The translations under genes and the position numbers were made by a program. The notes under the pieces were generated by a model. That model was not told the origin of the DNA and searched no databases. It saw only the letters and a program-made list of their open reading frames with translations. A stretch of DNA of 64,000 nt from Candidatus Poribacteria bacterium (GTDB lineage Bacteria > Poribacteria > WGA-4E > WGA-3G), in assembly GCA_965218285.1 (NCBI GenBank), contig OZ244616.1, forward strand, positions 1,728,133 through 1,792,132, read 5' to 3'. Shown here piece by piece: positions 9,521-19,554 of this stretch (position 1 is its first letter; every line of letters begins with the position of its first letter).

Positions 9521-10860
9521 TACTGTAAGACTCCCATTGCATCTTGTAATCGTGCGCGCGCAATTATGTAATCGTAAAATGCGTTCACTTGATTCGTCAA
9601 TGCTTGTGCGTAACTTGTTTGCGCATCAAGGACCTCAAGAAGAATTGCTTTTCCAACCTTATAACGTCCCTGAATGACATCTAAACTTAGTTGTGCGTTA
9701 ATTACCTGTGTATTAGAGATTTCTACTGCGATTTCGCTTCGTTTCAGATTTAGATAACTTTGTCGTACGTCGAGAGCAACGGACCGTTCCAAGTCGCCTG
9801 CATTTTCCCGTGCCTGTTCCAACTGCATATCAAGCTCTTTGACGCGATTCCCCAAAACGCCCGCATCAAAAAGTGTAAAGTTAAGCGATGCACCTGCGCT
9901 CCAACTTCGAAAATCGGAAAAATTTTGACGTTCACGAAGGTAATCATCAAGGTTTACGTTATAATTTACGTCTGCATTCAAACGGGGCCAACGTTGCAAT
10001 TTTGAAAGTGTCAAACTCCATTCCTGCTGTTTCAGTTGTGCTTCGGTCTCCTTGAATTCCGGGCGATTTTCAAATGCCATCTGCATTGCTTCTTCAACAG
10101 TAATATCGATTTTCTCAATAGTCCCACGTTCCACATATAATTGAAAGGATTCATCAAGCGCAACAGTAATAAGCAGTCCAGGGTCCAATCCCATCAGTCG
10201 AGGCAAAGTGGCTTGCGAGATTTGAAGCGAATTCTGATTATTTAGCAGCCCCAATTCGCTATTGGCTTCACGAACTCTCGCTGTAGCGATATCCGCCTTG
10301 ATTAGCACACCTGCTTCTTGCAATGCTATAGTTTGTTCTGTGTTTTCTTTTGAACGCGCTAATATATCTTCACTAACCTTAACAAGTGCAGTGTCTTTAA
10401 GGACATTGTAATATGCTTGTGTAATCTGTAGAATTACACTTTGTTTAATACCTTCATTCCGGTTGGTTGTAGCCCTCAATCCTTCTTTCGCTTGTGCGTA
10501 ACTTACTTCACGTTGTCCATTATCCCAAAGTGTATATCGTCCTGCCAATCCTAAATTATAGTTTTCTGGTTCAAAGCCGAAATCCAGTCTATCTGAAAAA
10601 TCGTAGCGTCCAGAGGAGATAATTGTGGGAAAATAGCCTGCACGTGAATTTTTCAGACGTAGTTCCTGAATAGCAAGACTCAACCTTGCATTTCGCATAG
10701 TTGTTGCCTTTTCTAACCCCAACTGAATGCACTGTTCAAGCGTTAGCGGTTGAGACAGGTCAATTTCCTCTGGTACTTGTGCGTTTACACATATAATTAC
10801 CATGAACTGAAGAACAGTCAAGATAAGTATTAACCCTAATTTCCATCGAAGCATTAGCAT
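9520..10860 (-). CDS. TolC-like outer-membrane efflux protein
   Basis: Signal peptide and the two-fold repeated architecture of the OEP family in 446 aa. Confidence 0.75.
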   Translation of the reverse strand: MLMLRWKLGLILILTVLQFMVIICVNAQVPEEIDLSQPLTLEQCIQLGLEKATTMRNARLSLAIQELRLKNSRAGYFPTIISSGRYDFSDRLDFGFEPENYNLGLAGRYTLWDNGQREVSYAQAKEGLRATTNRNEGIKQSVILQITQAYYNVLKDTALVKVSEDILARSKENTEQTIALQEAGVLIKADIATARVREANSELGLLNNQNSLQISQATLPRLMGLDPGLLITVALDESFQLYVERGTIEKIDITVEEAMQMAFENRPEFKETEAQLKQQEWSLTLSKLQRWPRLNADVNYNVNLDDYLRERQNFSDFRSWSAGASLNFTLFDAGVLGNRVKELDMQLEQARENAGDLERSVALDVRQSYLNLKRSEIAVEISNTQVINAQLSLDVIQGRYKVGKAILLEVLDAQTSYAQALTNQVNAFYDYIIARARLQDAMGVLQ

Positions 10861-11138
10861 CTCCTTAAACCTAAAATTTGTACTACGGAAGATCGTAATT
10901 TTGGGTAATAAGCCGTTTTTATTTTGACAATAATTAATTTTAAAAGTTCAGAACAAATTCTGAGTGCCAGTTTTTTAATAAGTATATTGTCAATTTTGAC
11001 TCAATTCAAGAAAAAAAGTTTAGTAATTATTTCAGTGAAGGATTCCGATTTTCCTTGTAATTTTCTCCTATTTCTTATAAAATGAGCAGAAGTGTTAGCA
11101 CAATTTTCAATTGAATTCTAAACTTTAGGTATAGGTAG

Positions 11139-12776
11139 ATGCCTACACAAAAAATCGCAGCATTCATAATTTTGATGTGTTTTTCAACAATGGGAGTTTT
11201 GAGCGGTTCAGCTGAAACTAACGATGCCGGAACACATTGGCTTATGGTTGACGCTACGTCTGATGCTGATGCACACGCACTGTTAAATACGTTGGGTGAC
11301 CTGTTAACAAAAAAGGGAAAGGTATCTGAGGAGCATATTCACCGTCTTGAAGGCGAGGAGGTGACTCATGATACCATACGATCCGCATTTGTTGAAATAG
11401 GTAACAATCCTGATAAAAAACAGACAGTCATTTTTCTTTACCACGGTGAAGTGTCCAAGCCGCTAGGGGAGAACGCGATGCATCTTGCAACCCAATCTGC
11501 GGAAACAATAAAAGATGCTGTTCTGAATAAATGGTTTAAAGAGACGTACGCAGATCGTACGTTGGTTATCATTGACGGTTATGCAAATGAAGAAAATCTG
11601 GGAGTCTACTATGCTAACAGAGAAACTCTCGGCGACGCTGCGCTAAATGCGATACATCCCGCTGCAACGACTGAGGCAACAGGTAAGAATTCTTTTCTTC
11701 AGGCTCTGATTGATGCCTTGTCTTCTGAGAAAATAGACGCAGATGATAACAGACACATTAGCATTATTGAAATATATCAGCAGCTACAGACCAACAACTC
11801 TTTTGGACGAACTATTTTCGCGCCGACAGGGGATGTTGAGGAAACGGTTATAAAACTCAGCCCTGCTATTAAGGTTTCTACGTTTCCAGAAGGGGCACAA
11901 ATACTACTAAATGAAAAAGAGAGTGGATTAACACCAAAGTTATTCACGGAAGACTTACAGCAGGGAACGTACACTGTTTCTGTTAGAAAAGCAGGATATA
12001 ATATTCCGCCAGCTAAATCCGATGATTTGAAGTTAACACAAGGTGAGGTAATAAATTTTGCTTGGGGACTCAAACCAATTTCTGTTTTCGGCACTGTTAC
12101 TGGTCCGGCAGATATATCAGTTGTTGGTACGCAGGTATCAATTGAAGGCACTGAATATGTCCAACGCGTAAGAGAGGATGGCACCTATTCATTTCAAGAT
12201 TGGAAGGTCGAAAATCCGCTAACACCCGGAGTGGACTACACGGTTTCTGCGAAGCAAGGTGACTTCTACTACGGTTCAGACGTTTTCACGTTTGACGGTT
12301 ACACTGCAATAGAGCAACCGATTGCGTTAATTAAAAAAACATGGTTCGAAATTGCGGAATTTGAATTCAGTCGGAACGAACATCAAAAAGCGGTAATAGC
12401 CTTCCAAAACGGGATAGCGTCAACGACAGATTTCCCACAGATGTCGGAAGATTTGACAGTTCTGCTGTTTACTGCTTTTGCCAATGCCATTGATCATTCG
12501 GAGGTTCAGGACATTAACTATATAGTTGTTACGGCGAAGTTAGCAGAGGCATATCAGCAGCCATATCTTGTAAAGAAGTATTGGAAACAAGTGAAATTAA
12601 ATGCCGAAAAAGGAAGTTCAGCTGCAAAATTAGCTGGACAACGTTTGTGGCAACTAAACCCTTGGCGTAATATAGTAAATATTGGCAGTGTTGTGGTTTT
12701 TGTGGCAGCGTTAATCTCTGGTGCATGGACATTCTACCGATACCGAAAATCGAAGCAAATTGAATCGGATGTGTAG
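11139..12776 (+). CDS. Membrane-anchored protein: Cys-less caspase-fold domain + PEGA domain + C-terminal TM helix
   Basis: Signal peptide. Caspase-fold blocks HWLMVD, IFLYHGE and LVIIDGYANE (His-Gly present, catalytic Cys position is Gly/Tyr). PEGA motif FPEGAQILLN...GTYTVSVRKAGY. C-terminal hydrophobic helix followed by RYRKSK. Confidence 0.45.
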   Translation: MPTQKIAAFIILMCFSTMGVLSGSAETNDAGTHWLMVDATSDADAHALLNTLGDLLTKKGKVSEEHIHRLEGEEVTHDTIRSAFVEIGNNPDKKQTVIFLYHGEVSKPLGENAMHLATQSAETIKDAVLNKWFKETYADRTLVIIDGYANEENLGVYYANRETLGDAALNAIHPAATTEATGKNSFLQALIDALSSEKIDADDNRHISIIEIYQQLQTNNSFGRTIFAPTGDVEETVIKLSPAIKVSTFPEGAQILLNEKESGLTPKLFTEDLQQGTYTVSVRKAGYNIPPAKSDDLKLTQGEVINFAWGLKPISVFGTVTGPADISVVGTQVSIEGTEYVQRVREDGTYSFQDWKVENPLTPGVDYTVSAKQGDFYYGSDVFTFDGYTAIEQPIALIKKTWFEIAEFEFSRNEHQKAVIAFQNGIASTTDFPQMSEDLTVLLFTAFANAIDHSEVQDINYIVVTAKLAEAYQQPYLVKKYWKQVKLNAEKGSSAAKLAGQRLWQLNPWRNIVNIGSVVVFVAALISGAWTFYRYRKSKQIESDV

Positions 12777-12805
12777 GCAAAAAAGGATAGTTTCAATCTA
12801 ATACA

Positions 12806-12987
12806 ACGTGAGTTTGATAAAAAGATACTATGATCCCCGTAGGTTGGGTAGAACGGAAAGGACAATAAAATCAAACACAAAATAGCGGTTCAGGATACAT
12901 TTGAAACTGAAAATAACGAGAAATTAGTGAAACCCAACTCTTTTTAACTTTTGGATGGACACTCGGATTCTAATATCAAACTCACGT
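12806..12987. repeat. MITE-like element, family 6 (copy 2)
   Basis: TIR acgtgagtttgata ... tatcaaactcacgt. Confidence 0.65.
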
Positions 12988-13170
12988 TAATACAGTTTGT
13001 TTTAGGACAAACCCCAATCTGTCCCTAATATCACAACCTCTTTAATCTGTAGAAGCCTACTGAATCAAATTATTGGCAGCACGGACGGGTCTAAAAAGTG
13101 TCTGCCTTTTAGTAGGCATTCCTTCCAACAACTTCGGATGCGGATTCCAATCGTGCCATTTGCTATTCAC

Positions 13171-13241
13171 AGTAAGCAAGTTTCAATATTAAATTTATGT
13201 TTTTGATCTTCAGACCCGTTGGAAGTATGGAAGTTGGGAAG
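13171..13241. repeat. About 70-bp dispersed repeat, family 7 (second copy at 23242-23320)
   Basis: agtaagcaagtttcaatattaaatttatgtttttgatcttcagacccgttggaag(t/a)(a/t)tggaagttgggaag is near-identical at both loci. Confidence 0.65.
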
Positions 13242-13494
13242 TTAACGACTTTTCAAAAGTTCTTCCCATAAGCTGGATACCTCCACGCAATTTGATAAAT
13301 AGTATACCATAATTTGAGATTGTCTCAACATTTTTTGTTGTAAATCGTGGAAAATTATGATATACTAACGTGATCTCGGTGTCCGATAATAACGTGAGTT
13401 TCGGTATAGATAGGAGGATGTTTTTACCTATTTCGGACCTTCTAAATGAAGATTATGAATTTAATCGGGTAATTTCCAGTTTTCTTGTAGTATC

Positions 13495-13518
13495 CGGTGC
13501 GGTTAGGAAACCGCATCT
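13495..13518. repeat. REP-like hairpin, variant ccggtgcggttaggaaaccgcatc
   Basis: Same 9-bp stem as the ggtgcggtt/aaccgcacc family, with the loop agga. Confidence 0.5.
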
Positions 13519-13817
13519 ACCAGGTTTGGGGTTCAAGCCCGTAGGGTATTGCCTAACTAATGATATTCATGGTTTCCATTCCGTCGAGTTTTAAAATGTC
13601 AAACACGTCGCCATTGACACAAAACCGTGCGAACAACGCAATCGTTAGATTCACCATCTCCACGCTTTTTAAAACAATCAGAAACAGACACTCTTGACAC
13701 AGAAAGCACACACCTTTTCCGGACGATGTGATTGGTGTGGAGCATCAAACGTGCAAGTCAGTTGTGATTACGAAACAGAGTTTGAAACCGATAATACTAC
13801 CGATTCTGATAAATAAA

Positions 13818-13940
13818 ATACCATTACGGAGTATTTATGACATTTTAGAGCGCATCTTATGTTGTGTATAAGAGGCGCAATGAATTGCGCGACTACAAAC
13901 GCGTTTTTTGTTAATGTGATGCCATCATTCAGAAATGGTA
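13818..13940. repeat. MITE-like element, family 3 (8-bp TIR ataccatt/aatggtat, core gaggcgcaatgaattgcgcgactacaaacgcg)
   Basis: Near-identical copies at 30250-30356 and 27654-27767. Confidence 0.65.
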
Positions 13941-14078
13941 TACGAAACGTTTCGTATTAATCTGTGAGACATGTAGCACAGATTAAATTCCTCACGATAA
14001 AAAAAATCAATAAAAAAAATGAAGAAATATTAATTCCGATACAACTAATTCTGTAACATCTGTGCAAGGTGGACTTTT

Positions 14079-14636
14079 ATGATTCCAGATGATGTTTATG
14101 TACACAAAACAGTAGAGGGCGATGCTGAAGCATTCAACGAATTGGTCAATCGCCACCATACCAAAATCTATGGGCTTGCATACCGCATGCTCGGTAACGC
14201 TGAAGATGCCGAAGATGCCACGCAAGAAACGTTCTTAGAGGCTTATAAGTCAATAAAAACGTTTCGGTTCCAATCGCAATTCGGAACGTGGTTATATCGT
14301 GTCGGCATGAACACTTGCAATCAATACATCCGAAAAGCCAAATCCCGCAACAGAATGCTGGACGCATACACCGAAGAGACCGCATCACACGGCATGACTG
14401 AAGAACGGGAGATACCCGAACGGATGGCGATAAAGACTGAACAACGCCAGGTAATTCAAGCGGCTATTGACCGACTGCCTCCGAAGCAACGTGAGGTCGT
14501 TACGTTATATTATATGCAACACCTCAAATACAAAGAGATCGCTGAAATCCTTGACTGCTCTCTCGGAACTGTCGCCTCACGATTAAATAAAGCTATGCAA
14601 AATCTCAAAGTGAAGTTGGAAAAATACTACTATTGA
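14079..14636 (+). CDS. ECF-type RNA polymerase sigma factor
   Basis: Sigma-70 region 2 (ATQETFLEAYKSIKTFR, GTWLYRVGMNTCNQYIRK) and region 4 (LPPKQREVVTLYYMQHLKYKEIAEILDCSLGTVASRLNKA). Confidence 0.9.
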   Translation: MIPDDVYVHKTVEGDAEAFNELVNRHHTKIYGLAYRMLGNAEDAEDATQETFLEAYKSIKTFRFQSQFGTWLYRVGMNTCNQYIRKAKSRNRMLDAYTEETASHGMTEEREIPERMAIKTEQRQVIQAAIDRLPPKQREVVTLYYMQHLKYKEIAEILDCSLGTVASRLNKAMQNLKVKLEKYYY

Positions 14637-14642
14637 GAAATC

Positions 14643-15374
14643 ATGGCTGCCACGGAAGCAAATTCTCAACCCATAAAAGCGAGGATTGTTAAAATGAGTT
14701 GTGAACAGACTCGTGAAAACTTGGTTTTACATCGTCAAGATTCCACGTTAAAGGGTGCGCAGCGGCGTGAATTTCTACAACATTTGCGCGGCTGCAAGGC
14801 GTGCCAAGTCGAATATGAAGGATTATGGCATACTGCCGCTTTAATGGGCAGCCTTGAAGCACCGGAGCCACCCCCCGAGTTGCTCGGAAATATCCAACAT
14901 CAAATTCGGAAGATACATAAGCAGAGTCAAACTGCTTTCTTTGCAAGCCCTATCTCATGGGTGTTCGGTAAGTTGAAGTTAGAGTTCTCACCAAAGTTTG
15001 TGAATTGTGCTGCGCTTCTCTGTTATGTACTCGCGTCAACTTTCATGGTGAAATTTGCTTTCTTTACAGACGCACCACCACAGGAATTCGGTTATACTGT
15101 GATGGAAGAGGCACGTCTCCGAAACATACGCATTTTACCTTCACCGTGGGCGACGCTAAAACACGAAAGTGATAAGATTGATAAAGCACTTCCTATAAAG
15201 GCATCAAATGAAAATCGTGTAAGCCTTTCTAACCTATTTGTTGACATTAAGACACCAGAGATGTGGCATCCCGATATGATTAATCGTGGCACTGAAACCG
15301 TTGATTTACACCTCTCAAACACGGCAAACACAAAACTTGCCTTATTCTGGAGTAACATCAAAGCAAATTTGTAA
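14643..15374 (+). CDS. Putative anti-sigma factor (ZAS-like zinc motif, one TM segment)
   Basis: Starts 7 nt after the ECF sigma stop. HLRGCKACQ (H-x3-C-x2-C). Central hydrophobic helix AALLCYVLASTFMVKFAFF. Confidence 0.55.
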   Translation: MAATEANSQPIKARIVKMSCEQTRENLVLHRQDSTLKGAQRREFLQHLRGCKACQVEYEGLWHTAALMGSLEAPEPPPELLGNIQHQIRKIHKQSQTAFFASPISWVFGKLKLEFSPKFVNCAALLCYVLASTFMVKFAFFTDAPPQEFGYTVMEEARLRNIRILPSPWATLKHESDKIDKALPIKASNENRVSLSNLFVDIKTPEMWHPDMINRGTETVDLHLSNTANTKLALFWSNIKANL

Positions 15375-15584
15375 GGAGGAAAGTGTATCTATCTAAGATC
15401 TCAAATATCTGAAAATAGTTTACAAAAAGAGACGCAATATTTGCGTCTCTTTTTTATTGGATAAGGATGTTAGTTTCTATGCCCTAAATCACATATAACT
15501 CAAAATAGATTGCCTTCCAACCCATTTTACGGTAAAATAAATATACACATTCACAGAATCAAAATTATAGTATAGGATGAAAAA

Positions 15585-16073
15585 TTGACACAACCCCTAC
15601 TTGAAGTCTCTAATTTAAAAACAGTATTCCCTACAGATGGTGGCGTTGTAAACGCCGTGAACGATGTCAGTTTTTCCATTGCACGTGGTAAAACCGTTGG
15701 CATCGTAGGAGAGAGCGGGTGTGGAAAAAGTATCACCGGACTTTCGCTTCTCCAACTTGTGCCGAATCCGGGCAGGATTGAAAAGGGTGAGATTCTGTTT
15801 TACCGCCAATCACCAAAACACCCCTACACAGAGGCGTTGATATCCGCCGTTCCGCTTCCATATCCAAAGTGGCAACGTGAACGTGAACTTATTCGGCTTG
15901 AAGGAGATGTGCCCGATCCATCTCAACCGCCGACAGGGTGTCATTTCCATCCACGGTGCTGCTATGCAACCGATGTTTGCAAACAGGAAACACCGGAACT
16001 GCGTGAAATCACACCCGATGTTAAAGTTGCGTGCCATCTGAGTGAAACCTTGGAATTGCAAGGAGTATCGTGA
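15585..16073 (+). pseudogene. Deletion-derived hybrid: OppD-like N-terminus (Walker A only) fused in frame to the last ~83 aa of the OppF-like ATPase
   Basis: First ~79 aa are essentially identical to 17493.. (one R/A substitution), then continue with the C-terminal tail of 18553..19554. The junction lies at ...EILFYR|[15 protein letters not shown]. No Walker B or ABC signature remains. Confidence 0.65.
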
Positions 16074-17020
16074 TGCCAAAATTAAATCAGATAACACCAG
16101 AAGAACTCGCATCTTGTAGAAAGCAGCTTGAACGCCAATGGAATAGCCGAAAAGTCGATGAAACATTATTAGAACGTGCGTGGCAAGTCGCTTATGAGAT
16201 TGCTACACTTCTCTATGACGAGTTTGGTGCGACACAGGTTGCTGCCTTCGGGTCGCTTGCAGAACCGATCAGTTTCACAAAGTCATCAGATATTGATATT
16301 GCGGTATGGGGACTCTCGGATAAAGCACATTCAGAGGCGAACAACAAAGTTATGGACATTGGGACAGGATTCAAAATTGACCTCATTAATTTTGATACGA
16401 CGAAAGGACTTTTCCGTGAAAGAGTCCTGCAGCAAGCGATTCCTATAAAGAAAGGTGAACTCCCTACATTATGGAAGACACTTTACCAGCATTTACACCG
16501 TCAAGTTTTCCCTGCCGTGGAGGAAGAAATATACGAAATGAACAGAAAAAAACTCACACAACGTATCAATGATGAACTCGTAAAAATAGAATCTACTGTT
16601 GACGCAATTGCAAAGGCTTTAGAAGATATTGAAGTAGTTCCAACTAACTATAGACAATATATAGAAGAATCAATTGCCAATAAACTTGTCGATGTTTATA
16701 GTGGCATGGAACGAATCTTTGAGCGGATTGCAAACGAAGTGGATGGACATCTACCGCGCGGAAGTAGATGGCATAAGAATTTACTTGAACAGATGACAAA
16801 ACAACGTCCTGAAAGACCACCTGTAATTTCAGAGCAGACATATTACCAATTAGGTGAACTTTTGGATTTCCGCCACAAAGTGAATAACATCTACGGTAGA
16901 GAATTGAAATATGATAGCACATTAGTGCACGCCGAGACAATTGGAGAAGTGTTTGCCAGTGTTTCTCAAGATTTCAATACTTTCACCGATTCACTTGCGA
17001 AAAGCGAGAAGGATACTTGA
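16073..17020 (+). CDS. Fused minimal nucleotidyltransferase (Pol-beta-fold MNT) + HEPN-like domain protein, copy 1
   Basis: NTase motif AFGSLAEPISFTKSSDIDIAV (GS-x11-DxD). C-terminal HLPRGSRWH (R-x4-H). Start ATG overlaps the upstream stop (TGATG) and is preceded by AAGGAG. Confidence 0.6.
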   Translation: MPKLNQITPEELASCRKQLERQWNSRKVDETLLERAWQVAYEIATLLYDEFGATQVAAFGSLAEPISFTKSSDIDIAVWGLSDKAHSEANNKVMDIGTGFKIDLINFDTTKGLFRERVLQQAIPIKKGELPTLWKTLYQHLHRQVFPAVEEEIYEMNRKKLTQRINDELVKIESTVDAIAKALEDIEVVPTNYRQYIEESIANKLVDVYSGMERIFERIANEVDGHLPRGSRWHKNLLEQMTKQRPERPPVISEQTYYQLGELLDFRHKVNNIYGRELKYDSTLVHAETIGEVFASVSQDFNTFTDSLAKSEKDT

Positions 17021-17033
17021 GATTCATTACCTT

Positions 17034-17111
17034 ATACCAAATTAACGGGATTTGTCCTATTTTCCAGACGGTAGGTGCGGTTTCCTAACCGCACTATAGG
17101 CGTCAATTTAA
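17034..17111. repeat. Family-1 MITE variant with REP-like core (ataccaaattaacggga...ggtaggtgcggtttcctaaccgcac...ataggcgtcaattt)
   Basis: Identical arrangement at 20510-20598, after the second MNT-HEPN copy. Confidence 0.6.
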
Positions 17112-17164
17112 AGAAAATATCTGTCCGTTTATGAACACTTCTCAATAGGCATGACTATTGAGAC

Positions 17165-17412
17165 TGTCCTATATTTATACCAAATTAACTTGATTCGAAG
17201 TCTTTTGATAGAGTACACGGTTGCGAGGCACGGGGACCTCGCAGGACAAATCCCGCTAATTCGGTATTATACCAAATTGACTTGATTCGAAGTTTCCCGA
17301 TAAAGTCAAGCATTGCGAGGCACGGGGACCTCGCACTACAAATGATAGAGTACACGGTTGCGAGGCACGGGGACCTCGCGGGACACATCGGGGTAATTGG
17401 GTATAACTCAAA
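17165..17412. repeat. Tandem cluster of three family-1-type hairpin units (gcgaggcacggggacctcgc) with taccaaattgac/taccaaattaac ends
   Basis: Three copies of ...gttgcgaggcacggggacctcgc... spaced about 70-80 bp apart. The cluster lies exactly between the two copies of the duplicated opp/MNT-HEPN module. Confidence 0.65.
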
Positions 17413-17492
17413 ATAGATTGCCTTCCAACCCATTTTACGGTAAAATAAATACACACATTTACAGAAGCAAAATTATAGTATAGGATGAAAAA

Positions 17493-18569
17493 TTGACACA
17501 ACCTCTGCTTGAAGTCTCTAATTTAAAAACAGTATTCCCTACAGATGGTGGCGTTGTAAACGCCGTGAACGATGTCAGTTTTTCCATTGTGCGTGGCAAA
17601 ACCGTTGGCATCGTAGGAGAAAGCGGGTGTGGAAAAAGTATCACCGGACTTTCGCTTCTCCAACTTGTGCCGAATCCGGGCAGGATTGAGAAGGGTGAGA
17701 TTCTGTTTTACCGCGATGAAACAGAGGAACCGTTAGATATAGCGCAAGTATCGCCGCGAAGCGAGTTGATGCGAAAAATACGGGGCAACGAAATCGCTAT
17801 CATCTTCCAAGAACCGATGACATCACTAAATCCTGTCTATACCGTTGGAGACCAGATCGCTGAGGCTATTGTGTTACACCAAGAACATAAACGTTCGACT
17901 CTGGCACGTTTCGGTTTGCAAGCAACACCAAAGTGGGCACGCGAACGTGCTATTGAGATGCTTGCCCGTGTCGGCATCCCCGCACCTGACCAACGTCTTG
18001 ATGAGTATCCGCATCAACTGTCAGGTGGAATGCGGCAACGCGTGATGATTGCCATGGCACTCTGTTGTGCCCCCGCGCTCCTCATCGCAGACGAACCGAC
18101 TACGGCACTTGATGTCACAATTCAAGCACAAGTCCTCACCCTCATGCAGGAACTACAAGCGGAAATCGGGATGGCGATTATGTTGATTACACACGACTTA
18201 GGTGTTATCGCCGATATGGCTGACGAAGTGGTCGTGATGTATGCAGGGCGTGTCGTTGAAAAGGGAAGTGTTGACGACATTTTCTATAATCCTTTGCACC
18301 CATACACGCGTGGCTTGCTCAACTCCATTCCAACGCTTGGGGGTGGTCAGCAAAAAACGCTGCATTCTATTCCCGGAACGGTGCCGCACCCATTAGCACT
18401 GCCTATCGGATGCTCTTTTCAGCCACGATGTGCAGAACATATACCGACCTGTGAACAGATGCCTGAACTCAAGATTATTGATGTTCTCAAAAATACTACT
18501 TCCGAAAACGGTAGGCATGCAGTTAGGTGCTGGCTTTGTGAGGAAAATACCGATGTCGAAACTGCTTGA
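17493..18569 (+). CDS. oppD: Oligopeptide/dipeptide ABC transporter ATP-binding protein (OppD/DppD-like)
   Basis: Walker A GESGCGKS, signature [15 protein letters not shown], Walker [14 protein letters not shown]-terminal oligopeptide-transporter tail. The TTG start is preceded by AGGA. Confidence 0.85.
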   Translation: MTQPLLEVSNLKTVFPTDGGVVNAVNDVSFSIVRGKTVGIVGESGCGKSITGLSLLQLVPNPGRIEKGEILFYRDETEEPLDIAQVSPRSELMRKIRGNEIAIIFQEPMTSLNPVYTVGDQIAEAIVLHQEHKRSTLARFGLQATPKWARERAIEMLARVGIPAPDQRLDEYPHQLSGGMRQRVMIAMALCCAPALLIADEPTTALDVTIQAQVLTLMQELQAEIGMAIMLITHDLGVIADMADEVVVMYAGRVVEKGSVDDIFYNPLHPYTRGLLNSIPTLGGGQQKTLHSIPGTVPHPLALPIGCSFQPRCAEHIPTCEQMPELKIIDVLKNTTSENGRHAVRCWLCEENTDVETA

Positions 18570-19554
18570 AGTCAAAGACTTACGTAAATATTTTCCGATA
18601 CGGAAAGGCATTCTCCGTCGAACTATCGGACATGTGAAAGCGGTTGATGGCATTAGTTTCGACGTAGAACGCGGCGAAACCCTTGGATTGGTCGGTGAAA
18701 GCGGCTGTGGAAAGACAACTGCCAGCCGGTGTCTACTCCGCTTAATTTCACCAACAAGCGGCAGCTTCACATTTGGTAATGAACAAGTGGATTTGGCAAA
18801 ATTGACATCTCAACAGATGCGTCCTTTTCGCAGACATATCCAGATGATTTTCCAGGATCCGCAGTCTTCTCTGAACCCTCGTATGACGGTAGAAGGCATT
18901 GTGGGTGAACCGCTGCGCGTTAATCGCACCGTAAAAAGAAATGAACTACGAGACCAAATTGTTGAACTCTTGGAATCTGTCGGTTTAAAACCACAGGACA
19001 TGCGCCGTTATCCGCACGCCTTCAGCGGTGGTCAGCGGCAACGTATCGGAATTGCGCGTGCATTAGCACTCCACCCGGACCTGATCGTAGCAGATGAACC
19101 GGTGTCAGCACTTGATGTCTCCGTGCAGGCGCAAATTCTCAACCTACTGGCGGAGTTGCGTGAAAAATTTCAACTTTCCTATATCTTTATCGCTCATGAC
19201 TTGAGCGTCGTTGAACATATCAGTGATCGTGTGGCAGTGATGTATCTCGGAAAGATTGTTGAGATTAGCGATGCAGCGACACTCTATCAATCACCCAAAC
19301 ACCCCTACACAGAGGCGTTGATATCCGCCGTTCCGCTTCCAGATCCAAAGTGGCAACGTGAACGTGAACTTATTCGGCTTGAAGGGGATGTGCCCGATCC
19401 ATCTCAACCGCCGACAGGGTGTCATTTCCATCCACGGTGCCGCTATGCTACCGATGTTTGCAAACAGGAAACACCGGAACTGCGTGAAATCACACCCGAT
19501 ATTAAAGTTGCATGCCATCTGAGTGAAACCTTGGAATTGCAAGGAGTATCGTGA
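18553..19554 (+). CDS. oppF: Oligopeptide/dipeptide ABC transporter ATP-binding protein (OppF/DppF-like)
   Basis: Walker [36 protein letters not shown], Cys-rich C-terminal tail [14 protein letters not shown]. Start placed at [10 protein letters not shown] with GAGGAA RBS. The track start 18430 is probably too far upstream. Confidence 0.85.
   Translation: MSKLLEVKDLRKYFPIRKGILRRTIGHVKAVDGISFDVERGETLGLVGESGCGKTTASRCLLRLISPTSGSFTFGNEQVDLAKLTSQQMRPFRRHIQMIFQDPQSSLNPRMTVEGIVGEPLRVNRTVKRNELRDQIVELLESVGLKPQDMRRYPHAFSGGQRQRIGIARALALHPDLIVADEPVSALDVSVQAQILNLLAELREKFQLSYIFIAHDLSVVEHISDRVAVMYLGKIVEISDAATLYQSPKHPYTEALISAVPLPDPKWQRERELIRLEGDVPDPSQPPTGCHFHPRCRYATDVCKQETPELREITPDIKVACHLSETLELQGVS

Noticed and set aside
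13520-13560. tRNA-like T-loop ggggttcaagccc
   Set aside because: No complementary T-stem or acceptor stem could be drawn, and it sits inside a REP/MITE context.
13370-13594. 74-aa ORF in the 12.8-14.0 kb intergenic region
   Set aside because: Entirely composed of MITE and REP sequence (family-6 end, REP-like hairpin), and has no RBS.
17165-17412. Possible CRISPR array (three regularly spaced repeats)
   Set aside because: The units are family-1 MITE hairpins with TIR-like ends, spacing is irregular, and the same hairpin occurs singly at many other sites.
18430-18552. N-terminal 41 codons of the track ORF for OppF
   Set aside because: The conserved ABC N-terminus starts at MSKLLEV with a good RBS. 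The extension overlaps the oppD 3' end in another frame.
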